DNA from: Protoeuglena noctilucae
Taxonomy: Eukaryota
Direction of reading: 5' to 3'
Length of the DNA stretch: 64,000 bases
NCBI GenBank assembly: GCA_958009085.1
Contig: OY253690.1
Span: forward strand, 62,001-126,000
Shown here: positions 35,099-47,646 of the stretch, piece after piece
Position numbering within the stretch: the stretch's first letter is position 1
How the letters are laid out: every line of letters starts with the position of its first letter
Notes under the pieces: generated by a model
What the model saw: only the letters and a program-made list of their open reading frames with translations
What the model was told of the DNA's origin: nothing
Databases searched by the model: none
Program-made: the position numbers and the translations under genes

Positions 35099-38000
35099 AT
35101 GGCGTCGATGAGCGCGCTCAGGCCTCCATTCTCGGCGGCGACGAGGGCCGCGGCGTCCGGACCAGTCGCTGCGCGCTACGGGGCCCTCGCGCCCGGCGCC
35201 GCGCGTCGGCCCCGCGCATGCGTCGCCAGGTGATACTTCATAGCCGATATATCACGACGCGCCGCTTTGTTTAAGCTCCGCCCCGCCGCTAGCCGCGCGG
35301 GCGACCGCGTCGGGTCCCTCGCCTTGTTTGGCTTTGGCATCGCGCCCGACCGTGTTCTGTCCCTCGACCCCTCGCAGGTACGTCAAGGAGGACATGGACC
35401 GCATGCTTCCCGAGAAATCGAGTCAGAGCGAGCAGCGCCGCGTGCTGGAGCGCATGCGGGACTTTCTGGAGAAGGACATGAGGCACGTGCTCGACGACCG
35501 CGGCATCGACGCGAGCAAGTACGCGGACACGATCGAGTTCACCGATCCGATCACGAACATCCAGGGCAAGACCCAGTACCTGCTCGCCATCCAGGCCATC
35601 CGCCTCGCCATGAGGCCAAAGGTGGGGAGAGAGCGAATGCCGATGCTGCTGTGGGAACGCGATGACGTTACTCTTTCCCTTGTATATATTATTGCTGCCA
35701 AGCTTGCTGTGTGGTATTGATCCCCTTTCTACATACCCGCCAACTGCCCTTGTCGTCGGGTCCAGCAGACACCATATCGCATCAAGATGTGCACTCGCCC
35801 AACTCACCCTACCCCTCTCCCCTCCCCCCCCAGTTCTGGGTGCACAGCGTGAAGGTGGCCGAGCCCGACCAGATCAAGCTCCGCTGGACCGCCCGGTGCT
35901 TCCTGCCCGTCCCCGTCCCTTTCAACCTTCGCGACGCCCTGGCTTACGAGCTCACTGGGGAGTCGACATACACCGTAGACACGAGATTGGGGCTTATCAC
36001 GAGGCATGTGGATACCTGGGACGCGCTCAAGCCCAACCAGCAGGCGTTCTTCTCCAATGAGGGGCTGAGGGACGTGGTGGCCACGTCGACACAGGCGATC
36101 TTGCAGGCGGCGCCGGCGCTCGAAACGCCAGAGTACGTGGTGCTCAAGCGGACGGCCAAGTACGAGATTCGCAGGTGAGGGTGGGGCGTAGTGGGGTGGG
36201 TGGGGTGAGGGTGGTAAGGGTGGGTGAGGGTGAGGGTGGTAAGGGTGGGTGAGGGTGAGGGCAAGTACGAGATTTGCAGGTGAGGGTGGGAGTGGGGTTG
36301 AGAGTGGCGGTGGGGGTGTGTGTGAGGGTGAGCCAGAGTGCAGAAATGACATAACTCCACCTTCCCTCCCCTCCCCATCACCTCACTCCACACCCCCTCC
36401 CCTCCCCTCACTCCACTCCACCTCACCTCACATTGTCCCAACCCCCTCACCTCAGTCCACATCACATTGCCTTAACCCCCTCACTGCACACCCGCTCACC
36501 CCCCCCACCCCCCCTCACCCCACACCCCCTCCCCTCCCCTCACCCCAACCCCATGACTCATCTCCCTGACTCAGGTACGACGAATTCCTGGTGGCAGAGA
36601 CGTCGATGGGGTCCCGTGCCTCGCCCACGGGAGGTTCCGGGTTCAATACCCTGGCGGACTACATTTTCGGCCGCAACGAGGGGGGCGTGAAGATGGAGAT
36701 GACCACGCCCGTGTTCACCAGGGCGGGGGACGAGGGGGGGAGGATGAGGTGAGGGGTGGGGGTGGGGTGGGGCTAGGGGGAATGTGAAGGGGAGGGGTGG
36801 ATGAGGTGAGGGGGGGTGGGGGTGGAGATGGTGCGTGGGATTTGCAGATAAGAGTTGGGAGGATGAAGTGAGGTGAGGGGATGGGAGTGGCGTGTGGGAG
36901 CATCACGGCTTGGGAAGTTGGCTCACCTCCCCTGTCCCCCGTAGCCCCCACAGCTTTATATGTTAAGTTCCCTCACCCCACCCACCCCTTCACCCACCCC
37001 CCTTTGTTATCAGCTTCACTTCCCTGTCCCCCGTAGCCCCCACAGCTTTGTGTACGTCCAGCCCTCCCTGCTCCCCGCAGCTTTGCTTTGTCAAAGCAAA
37101 GCTGCCAACAGCAGGGGAGGCTAGACGGGGACAAAGCTGTGGGGGCTTAAGCTCCGCTTTCTGTTTCCCCATATCCCCAGAGCTTTGCAGATTAGCTCAC
37201 CTACCTTGTGCCCCCCTTACCCTGCAGCTGTGTTACTACCAATGCACCTTCCCTTCTCCCCACACCTTCAGCTCCCCTGCCCTGTTCCCCATAGCCCTAC
37301 AGGTCTGTATGTTACATCCCCTCACCCCCCTTCCCCCCCCCCTTGTTATCAGCTCTCCTCCCCTGTTCCCATAGCCCTGCAGCTTTGTGCTTTGTATCTA
37401 TCGACTCCCCTCCCCTTACCCCCCCCCCGCAGCTTCGTGATTGAGCGCAAGATGGGGGCCGACCCCTCCCAGCTCCCCACCAGCACCGGGGCGGGCGTGG
37501 AGAGGCGTAAGGAGACTCTGGGGGTGGTGGCGGCGTATCGGTTCGGGGGGTGGCCCACGGACAGGGACGTGAGGTGAGAGAGTGAGGGAATGGTTGATCG
37601 TGAATGGGAATGGATGATTGAATATGGGAATGGTTATTTCGTACATTGTAATTGTTCACGCCTCCTATCAACCAGTGCCTTCACCCAGCCTGACCCTCAC
37701 CGTTCACCCAGGATGGCCGAGGATGAGCTGAGGGAGCAGCTGAGCGCGGACGGCTTCGTGGCATCGAAGGATTCCTTCCTTGCCCGATACAACGACCCCT
37801 TCACGCCTCCCATCGTGAGGAGGAACGAGGTGCTCGTGAGGTGAGTGGCATGCATGTGGACGGGTATCTGAGACCATATCGACCACATTTGCTTGTTGCG
37901 ATCGAGGGATACGATGAAGAGCCGCGTGAATTTGCGGTGAATGCGGCTGGCTGCGCAATGCACAGCTTGAGCTTTCGCAAAACGCCCGTTTCCCTCTCAA

Positions 38001-38167
38001 GCCGCTCGTTCTTTAGAAATGCGCATTGGCGTCCCGATAGCTGTTGCCAGTCAATTCATCGCATCCTAATTAACGCCAAGTCATCGCGCGGCCGCTGCAG
38101 GGTGGAGAACTGGGACGAGGAGACGTTCGGGCCTCGCAAGGAGGGCGGCACCAGTCTCGCGATGTAA
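35099..38167 (+). CDS. Plastid-targeted SOUL haem-binding protein with an N-terminal SnoaL/DUF2358-like domain
   Basis: Transit-peptide-like N-terminus; IEFTDPIT, HVDTWD; LETPEYVVLKRTAKYEIRRY, GFNTLADYIFGRN..MEMTTPV, LARYNDPFTPPIVRRNEVLV. Confidence 0.9.
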
Positions 38168-38962
38168 CAACGACGACGCGGGCGCCGGATTCGAAACGCC
38201 GACCGACTCGCGACAATGACGTAAATGTTAACGTCACTCGCGAGCCCCGAGACCGAGTCTCGGATCAGCCAGCACTGGCGAGGCCGACTGTCGACGTCAA
38301 TCGCCGGAAGCAACGAGCGATGGCCTTTCTAACGCCCACGATGACTGTTGCGTCCCCGCATGCTCTGCTCTCGGCCATCCCCTCGTCTGCGTATTCGCTC
38401 GGACGCCCTTTTCTGTTTGACGCCGGCCTTTGCTGCGAGGCTGGCCATAGCACGAACCACTATAACCCACTGTGTTGTTCAGGCCGACTGGCACTCGTAC
38501 TGCGACGCTGCCTAGCCTCCTCTGGCACATCGGAAGCGGGGTATGGTATGGATCTAGAAAGGGGCTTTCCAGATGTGCTGCAAGCACATGGAATGATAGG
38601 GGCCCAGGCTGCAGCTGGCTCGATCTACACCCCCTGCAGCGTACTTATGGAGTGGGGCTCGTCGCCTTTCAAGCAAAATCTGTCTTTTGAACATCGGCGT
38701 CGAGGTGCCAGTGATATTAACCTTAGCATCCTAGGGTGGCCAAAAAGCCATGCTGCATCTTACACCCCCGGATTGCTTAAGGCATCAAACAGCACACACC
38801 ACGACACGCACTCTCATCGCACCATCACCCACATGCACATCTGTTACCGTGCATGCTTCGTAGATATAACCAAGACTCGTCTCCCACCGGTCACCTACCC
38901 CACATGCCCATATACCCATACCGCCCACCGCACCCCCCCATCCCTCATCCCCACGTCCCCCT

Positions 38963-40169
38963 TCATCCCGCACCCCCCTCCACCATCCCCTCCCCCTTCC
39001 CCTCCACCCCCGCCTCCTCCACCTCCAGCACCCCCACAAACGCACGCCCCAGCAACGCATCCACATTCACCCACGCGTGGTATCGATTGAAGGCCATAGT
39101 AGCATCCTTGCCAGCGTGGGCCATAAGAATCTTCGCCCCGCCGGGGTGGTAGGGCAGATAGGAGGTCAGGTTGTATACCCTGCCCCTAACGGCGATCCAT
39201 GCGTCGTCCGGCGACCGGTGCTGCGGGGGGTTCGAGATTTGAAATTGGAAAGACGAGTTAGTAACGTTGTTACTGAGTGACTTGAAATGAACGAGGGGGG
39301 TGTGCGTGTTACACGACGGAGGTGGCCTGGGTAGTAGTACTGGTAAGTGGCAGAAGAGAGAGCAAGTGATGACTCGCAAATCATGATACTGACACCCCAC
39401 CCATGCCCACCCTCACCTTATCATCTTCTTGTAATGACAACATGACCAATGCCAATAACACCCACAACCACACCCTCACCTTGGCCAGCTCCGCCATTGT
39501 GACGGGACCCACCCGTGCCCCTCCCGTCCCCGACAAGTCCTGGCCACTCCGGCTCAGCCGCATCCAATCCATGGGACTGCGACAATACAAACAGAACATG
39601 GAGTGAATAAGTGTTCTGCTCACTCATTCACTTTGTGTGACCCCTCAAATGGCAACGACAGCACCGGCCACGACCGCCACGCACAGCGGCCACCGCGCAT
39701 CGCCATGATGACGCACGCGCGGGCCCACACGAGGCATAATCACGCTTTGGTTCGTGCCGCATGCGTTTACTAGCCTAACTCCTATCATCGACGCAGGAAT
39801 AGTCACCTGTACCCTTTCTCATACGGCACCTTCTGCCGTCCCGACGTGGCAGGCGCGTTGCCCGACCGCTCCTGCGCGGCGCGTTCTCCGAGAGGCATAC
39901 TCGCGCCTCCCGGCGGCCGCACCGTCGACTTCGCGGTCAGCGGCGGTGGGAGCCTGCGAGAATGGCCACGGGTGCGCACGTCACCGCGAAGCTCGTTTCT
40001 GAGCCAAAACGGCGCTCGCCGAGGCGGGAGGCAACGCGGAAGCGATGCGTGTGCTAGGCGAGAAAGCAAGCGCGCACTTGAAGGCTCGGGGGCTCCCGGG
40101 ATTGTCGACGGGGTCGGGCGGGACAGGAAAGCTAAAGCCCCCCTCCTCCTCCGCCTGCCTCGACTCCAT
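38963..40169 (-). CDS. Cytochrome b5-like haem-binding domain protein (RLF/Irc21 type)
   Basis: KVPYEKGYSPMDWMRL; HRSPDDAWIAVRGRVYNLTSYLPYHPGG..AGKDATMAFNRYHAWVN; four exons. Confidence 0.9.
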
Positions 40170-40625
40170 GGCGTGGTGTACACCGAGACGTGGTGATTAT
40201 ATCAACGCGCGGGGTCCGGCGGGCTCGGCAGCGCGGGGAGCTGGGAAAAAACGCGGCTGGCTGTAGCGGAGAGTTTCTGCGCAGCTGGCACGACGATGTC
40301 GTCGAAAGAGCTCGTCCCTTCGCATGAGCAACCGCGAGACTCCGGTAACCAGCATGCCAGCCACGGAGACGACCTGCCGCTTTCCCGGGACTGGCGGGCA
40401 CGTCAGACGCAGAAACCACACCTCAAGCGGCCCCGGAGAAGCCATTACGAGTTCAGTCCCATCGTGCACGATGGCAAGGGACGAAAGAGGGCTCTGAGGG
40501 ATTCCATACCTTCATCGGGCCGGCAAGGCCGCTGCCGTGACCTCCGCGACGCGCAAATGCCGGGCCGCGTCGTTCATGCGCACCGCGCGTGCCTCTCGCG
40601 ACCGTGGTAGTTGCTTCATGGGAAA

Positions 40626-43080
40626 ATGAATCCTGCAGCGCGTGCTCTGTGGTCTGCCGTCGCGGCTTTCGCCTTCGCGTCCCTCGCACAAGGGTAGGAC
40701 GCTGCACAGGGCAGCAATTCACATACAGATACCGTGCTGCGCTGTACTGCGCCTCTCTAATGTACTCCGGATGCCTTAGAGTGAGTGCCACATATGTTGG
40801 AGTGACTGCCGCACACGCAGAGAGTACGCGCCATGCGGCAGGGGAGAGACCTTCGTCACTGTGACAATCTTCCTCCCCAGCGGCGATGCCGTCGACTACG
40901 TCGTCAACGTGGGCCCCATGCCCGATGTGTCGTTCAAATCCTTCCTGCGAACGGCAGGGATCGATCCCAAGGACGCGGCGGCCGTCTCCCACGTCCGCTC
41001 GCAGGTCGTGCAGGTGAGTCCCATCTCGCGTCATGTGAACGTGTGATACACATTCATGACAACAACACTCCTCGATATGCCTTGCCTCTTTCAATTTACC
41101 CCCGGATTTGTCATTAAGGATTTCTATAAGGTGGAGACGGGCCAGCCTACCGCTCCCGGTCCTCCCCAGGCGTTCCAGGACCGCCTCCTCCCCGAAACGT
41201 CGCTCTGGCACGCCACGCCAGAGGGGCCCCTGTACGTCATGACCACGCACGGGGACGACGTGAGGGGCGTCATACGGCACTGCGTGTCCACCCAGGTGAC
41301 TTGGGTGCCCATGTGCATGACCAGCCTGCTCCCTCGCGACACCACACTCACCCACAAGCCCCCTCGCACCTTCCGCCACCCTCCTTACACCTCTTTCACC
41401 CACGAACCCCTCGCGCCATACGCCACCCTCCTTACACGACTTTCACCCATGCACACTCGCACCATCCGCCACCCTCCTTGCACCACCTTCACCCATCACC
41501 CCTCGTGCTATTACGCCAGCCCCGCCCCTCGCTCCATGCCACTCCCAGGCGAGGGAGGGCGAGGACTTGACTGGAGCTGCGGTGGCGCTGGAGGGTTTGG
41601 CGGGGAAGCTGGGCCTCCTGCCCTTTTGGAGCGAAGTGGACGTGCCTGGGGAGGGCTGGACGTGGGTGGAGGCGTTCCCGTGGGAAAGCCAGCAAGCCGC
41701 CCTGCGCCGTCACATGGGCGATGACGAAACAGGCGAGGTTGCAAGCGGCGATGTGGTGGCACGGAGTGTGGCTCTTTGGCGTGAAGGGCCCTGCCTCGTC
41801 ATTCATATGCATACATAGGGTTCTTACCACTGAATCAAGTGGAACCATAGCTGCTTTCTGGTCATGGACAGTTGTCATTTGTCGTACCCACGCTGCCATC
41901 CGCAGAGCCCCTGGCGTCGGCATCCGCCCCCGCCTCACCCCCGCAAGCGCCCCCGAGCGGGTTCGAGGCCACGCCCGTATTCGCCGTGTCGCGCGGCGTG
42001 ACCATCTACGGCGGCCCATCTACACCAGCTACGCCACCCCCGGCGCCCACCACCCCCGATGATCATGAGTCGGGAACCAATAACAGCGACGACGGCACTG
42101 ACAGCAGTTCCCCGCAAAACGCATCGGGCGCGGCCCCCCCGGTCCCCACAAGCACCGCACCCGCCGCCCCTGCCGTGCCACGCTACAGCTTGGGCCTCGT
42201 CCTCACGGTAGCGGGAGAGGAGTTCTGGTTCTGCGGGTCCCATTACTACCACGTCGTCGAGTGCCTCCTGTCCTCCCTCGCATGGCTGCACGAGTACCAC
42301 TTAGGCCCCTTGGCCCTAGAGGCCGTCGTGATATCCACCGACAAGTACCAGCCACGGCTACACGACCCCCTCGTCCAAGCCCTCTTCCCCAGCGCCGCCA
42401 TTCTCACGTCCGGGCCCGTCGCGTTTGATGTCGCGCTCGTGGCGCGGTGGAGCGCCCGGGGGGCCCCCCGAACCCCGCACGGGACCCCGCCGGGGTCGTG
42501 CGACGTCGTCCACAACGCCCTGCACCAGTCCCTCCTCCCGGCCACCAAATGGTGCCCGCGGTTCCGTGAGCTCATCTTTGCGTCCGTGGGCGCCTCGCTC
42601 CGGCCCCGGCCCTCCCGCCGCGCCGACGTGGTAGTCGCTTACGCCACCCGCACCGACAGCCTCCGGGAGCTAAGCGCAGAGGCGATTGTGGCCCTCTCCG
42701 CCCGCCTCCGCGAGATCCACGGCGTCCAGTTTGCCCTCGTGGACTTCGGCGGCATGACGCTGGCCGAGCAGGTCCGGCTGGCGTCGGCCGTAGACGTGCT
42801 CATGGGCGTGCACGGCAACGCCATGACCAACCTTGTGTGGCTGCCCGACCACGGGGCTGCGATCGAGTTCTTCGGTCATTGGCATCACTACTACTTCCAG
42901 ACGCTCGCGGAGGCCTGCGGGAGGAGCTACGTGGGGCTGCAAGAGGGCGACCCTCGGCCGTACCGACGGGGCACGCGACGTGCTCCGGACCACGGCACGC
43001 CCTTCTTCGGGCCGTCCTACGTCGACTGGGAGGCACTCGACCGCGAGATGAGCTTTCTGCTCGACGCCATGCTCACGTGA
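40626..43080 (+). CDS. Glycosyltransferase family 61-like protein with signal peptide (paralog A)
   Basis: MNPAARALWSAVAAFAFASLAQG; HYYHVVEC; DFGGMTLAEQVRLASAVDVLMGVHGNAMTNLVWLP..AIEFF. Confidence 0.85.
41370..41495. repeat. Three intronic copies of CGCCACCCTCCTT..TTCACCCA, period about 45-50 bp
   Basis: Read directly. Confidence 0.75.
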
Positions 43081-43375
43081 TGCTAGAGTGGCACGTGGCT
43101 GGCGAGGGCGCTGCGATCGTGCTGAGCCTACAGCGAACGTGCTCCGGCACGCATCGCCGGGGAGGACCATCTTAAGGTTTTAGCTTTGTCGATGCTGATC
43201 GATTCCACTCCACTGTATCTGCTAGGTAAGAGGGCCGACTAGATATGGTGTGCTTTAAATCTCCCGCTCCCTTTGCTGCTGGCCGTGCTGCAGATCTAGC
43301 AGAGCATGTGTAGCCGCGACACCCAGCAAAAGCGAACCGACAAGGCTGCTGGGGTGCTCGCATAATGCTCGTCCC

Positions 43376-46300
43376 TCAGCAGTTGTGTTGCAATCCCATG
43401 CCGCACTCTATCTCGGTGCACCTGCTGTGCGAGAGTGTGCTGTCCGCGTCAGAGGCGCGAAGACCAAAATAGTGGCAGTTTTCAATGGCCACGTCCAACA
43501 CCGTTGCGTGTCCACCCCCTTGGCAGTACACGCCATCGCCTTTGCACCCCGTAATGCGGCCCCCCTTCACGACCACCTTAGTGTTCGGGCCAAAGCATGC
43601 CACGCCACACGCCTCGCAGTTGGCAATCTCCACGCCCCGCAACTCCGCCTGGCCACCGTCCTTGCGTCCCACCCCATGAAGGTCCTTAGTACCCGCAATG
43701 CGCCCCCCCTGCACAACCACCTTGCTGCCCTTTCCCGCGCTACCAATCCCAGCCACACAGCAGTCGGCTATTTCCATGTCCCGCACATCCACCTGCCCAC
43801 CATCTCCGCACCACACCCCAACGTTCTCCTTGCATCTCAAAATGCCCCCCCCTCGCACGACTACCTTGCTGCCCTTGCCGCGGCAGTGCACGCCAGACAC
43901 CTTGCAGTCGGCAATTGCCACACCCTGCACATTTGCCTGCCCACCATTTTCGCATCGCACCCCAACATGCTCCTTGGATCTCAAAATGCGCCCCCCCTGC
44001 ATGACTACCTTGCTACCCTTGCCGTTGCAGTGCACGCCAGACAGCTCGCAGTCGGCGATCTCCACATCCTGCACCTCCACCCGTGAGCCGTCTTCGCATC
44101 TGACTCCGTCATTCCCAGCACCCGTGATGCGCCCACCCTTTTCAAGCAATTTGGTGCTCTTTCCAAAGCTGTGCACGCCAGACTTGCAAGACTCAGTGAC
44201 GTCAGTGTCCCGCACCTCCACCTGTCCACCCAAATAGCACGCCACCCCATGCCCCGTTTGAGACCCACTAATGCGGCACCCCTGCAATGCCACTGTGCTG
44301 CCCGCTCTGCACGCGATAACGCCACACATACGGCAGTCGGCAATCCTGACGTTCTGCGCGTCAACCTGCCCACTATGACTGCAGTTCAGTCCATGGGCAG
44401 TCTTGGAACCCGTAATCCGGCCCCCCTGCATGACCACCTTGCCCTTCTTCCCGCACAGTACCCCCGACTCCGGGCTATCCACCACCTCTACGTCCACCAG
44501 ACTGACCCTCCCGCCATCAATGCAAAGGATCCCTGTTCCCACCACCCTCACTCCCTCCATCCGCAGCCGTCCCTTTCCCCGACAACACAGCGCGTACCCG
44601 TCACCCAGCACCGCAACCTCCACCCGCACCGTCCCGTTCCGCACCGTCGCCACCGTTTCCTCAAAGCCCACCTTTATCGCGCGCGTCAGCACCACCTCCT
44701 GGCCCCCCAGGTCCACCACGCCACCCCTCTCCACCGCCTGCGCCACCTCTTCCCCCGTCCACACATGTTGCGACTCGCTCTCCACAGATCGCCCCGCTGA
44801 CTCCGAGGCCCCTGCCGATTCCCCCGCATCCCCCGACCCCACCGCTGCAGGCCGCCTATCCCCCCTCGCCGCCCCCTCCGCCGCCCGCACCCTCGCCTCG
44901 ACCTCCGCCCACTCCAGCCCCGCGCCCCGCACCTCCGCCACCGCCTCCCACGCCGCCCATCGTTGCAGCTCGCTCGGCTGCGCCAGCACGCACGTCAGCG
45001 CGACCCACCACTCCTCCGCCCCTCCTTGTGCCACGGTCACAGCCGCCAGGCCCCTCGCGACCCTCTCCACGCCTCCGCACCGCTCCCTGCGCACAGCGAC
45101 ACGGCTGCAGTGTGACCCACCAGCGCCTGACCGCACCCACACGTGCAGCCCGCCAGTACTTGCATCTCGGTTTACCCCCCCCATGCCCCCACCGGTACCC
45201 CCCTCCCCGCCCCTCACCTGCTCTCCCTCGCCGCCCGCAGCATCTGCGCCACGCTCGTGCGCTCCCCCGGCCGCCCCACCAGCGCCCCCCGCACCGCCGA
45301 CCGCAGCGGCTCCAGCATCGACTCCGGCACCTCCGGGAACCGCCCCAGCGCCACCACGTCCGCCATCACCTGCATCGCGCTCTTGCCCCCAAACAGCGCC
45401 CGCCCCGACGCTGCAAAGCACAGCGTTGCCGCCGCCGAGTATGCGTCCGACGCCGCCGTGGCCGGTCCCAGCTCCGAGTCCCACGCCTCCGGAGCCATGT
45501 ACGGCGCGCTGCCCGCCCCCGCTTGCCCCCTGCCGCCTCGGCTGACCTGCTGCGGTGTCAGCAGAGAGAACAGTCCGTCAGCCAAAGCCGCAATGCACAC
45601 CACCTCGCTGGCGCTTCCCCGCACCACTCGAACCCTGGTCTGCACCATAACACTGTGCCCGCGCCCCGCCCCCGCATGTGCTCACCGGCGCCCCCATCCT
45701 CTCCGCCACCGTCGCCAGCCCGTAGTCCGCCAGCACCACCCCGCCTCCCTCCTCCACCAGCACGTTCGCCGGCTTCACACCCCCGTGCACGATTCCCCGC
45801 TCATGCAGCGCCCGCAGCCCCTACAGCACCTGCACCGCCACCTCCGCCACCTCCTCCGCCCGCAGCCCCGCCCCCCGCTCCGCGATGCGCCGCGCCAGCG
45901 ACCCCCGCTCGTACAGCGGCATCACCACGTGCAGCTGAGCGCCCCGCACGGCGACGCCCAGCAGCCTGCGTCACGCCAAGGCAAGGACAGGTCAGCTGCC
46001 GCCCTGCCCACAGCTGCAGCGGGGCGGACGCACGCACGCCACACGCCGCCGGACGGCTGAGCGGCTCATACTGCACACTCAATCACACACTCAATCACCA
46101 CCACCACCACCGCCACTACCACCCACGGCAAGCAAGCCACCGGCAGCGCAGTCTCACGGGCACACGTGGTCGATGCCCTGGCACGCCGCCGCCATCCGCC
46201 GCAGCTCCTCCATCCCCCGCTCCAGCGGTGCCATCTCCGTCCCCCCCGCCGCCCCGCCCATGTCCGCGTCCAGCCGCTTGATTGCCACGGCACCGTCATG

Positions 46301-46447
46301 CCGCCGCCACCGGCCCCGGAACACCTCGCCCTGCGCGCCCTGCCCCAGCGACGCGCCCACCTCCAGCTCCTCCTCCGCGATCGTCCAGTCGCCCTCGCCC
46401 CGCCCCCGCGAGCCCGCCCCGGCGCCCGTCCCGCCAGCTGGGTCCAT
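43376..46447 (-). pseudogene. Disrupted paralog of the kinase-beta-helix gene (lacks RING/Rcat, longer beta-helix)
   Basis: Same three intron positions as 7232-10822. In-frame TAG at 45823-45821 where the paralog has GAG. Catalytic loop reads HGGVKPAN instead of HRDIKPAN. The beta-helix exon is still open. Confidence 0.75.
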
Positions 46448-47646
46448 CTCCGCTGCAGCCACAGCCACGGCAGCGCCCAGGATCACCCGCCGGGGCTCAT
46501 GCGCATTTCTAGACTTCTCACAATGTTCATATAAGCTGCACAATGCCCGGGCTCCGTCCGCAACCGCTGCGCCGGACAGGCACGCATGGAGATCCGGAGC
46601 GCCATGCTGCACGGCCCCGCCGCGCCTGTGGCTCGGCGCCGGCGCAGCGCTCGCGTCCGGCGCACGACATGCAATCTGTGCAGCCGTACGGCATGTCCTG
46701 GAAGCCCATATACGCCCCGGCGAGGGACCCTCGCCTCCGCAACACCTCTTAGCCAGTCCCAGGAGGGCGCGCGCGGACGCTCCGTGGCCCGCGCAGGTGC
46801 TTCAGACGCCGACAACCATCATGTATCGCAGCGCGACCCCCGCTCACCGCTCGCCCGCACCTGCGTCCGCTACTGCCGTCGCGCGCACTGGCCCTCTCTC
46901 CAGAGGCCTCGCCGCTGCCTCCGTGACGGAGTGCGCGATCGCCTGCCCAATCTTATGCGAGTTTGTCCGCGTCGATGATGCCGCTGCGGCCAACAGCGGC
47001 GCGGCTGGCCCTCTGTCACTTGTCAGACTGCTTTGCAGGCAGCCATGCCTGTCGAGGAGAGGCGAGCCCCTTGCGCGCCCCGCGGCACTGCGTTGGTCCT
47101 GACGCGAGCCAAGCGATGCGTATTCAAGTCCGCTGCGATGTTTCGGTGTGCCGAGCAGCACCTGATGCGTGCCTGTCGTGCTGTCGGTAACGTGCTGTGG
47201 CATGCGCGCTTGCAGTGCTTCAAGCGCTGGGGCGTACATACACACGGCTAGCTGTACAGGTTCACGGGTCCGAATCTTGTGACCCAACGCATACGAACAT
47301 GAAGGCCCATCGCTATCGCCCGGGTCCTGCTCAGCAGCGCCGCGCTGCTGCCCAGCTCTTGCGGCATGCATCTCCCACGCTTGCCCGTACTGCCTCCCGC
47401 CTAGCCCTGCACCCCCGCCTGCCCTACTCCTGCTAGCGCCCCTCCCCATGATCAGCCCCACCTATACGCGCTACCCCGCCAGCATGCGGTGCACTCCCAG
47501 CACCTAGGCCTGCCCCGCTGGGGGCTCTGCGTGTCTTATTGGAGCACAGGGCAGACGCGCCGGTTTTAGATACCCAGGGCCGGACGCCGCTGGTTGCTGC
47601 CTGGGACAACTACCAGCCTAGAGCACATATGTTTAGGTATGCCTGG

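Noticed and set aside
38185..38265. tRNA T-loop-like TTCGAATCC (minus strand) and nearby hairpins, possible tRNA or SECIS
   Set aside because: No cloverleaf can be built, and the upstream gene model has no in-frame TGA.
40296..40610. 104-aa ORF as the first exon of GT61-A
   Set aside because: ATG 40626 gives a signal peptide and an in-frame splice; this ORF has no motif.
45821..45823. In-frame TAG as evidence of a reassigned genetic code
   Set aside because: PIG-U ends in TAG and the WD40, Arc1-like and SOUL genes end in TAA, and the same kinase also lost its catalytic Asp, so gene disruption is simpler.
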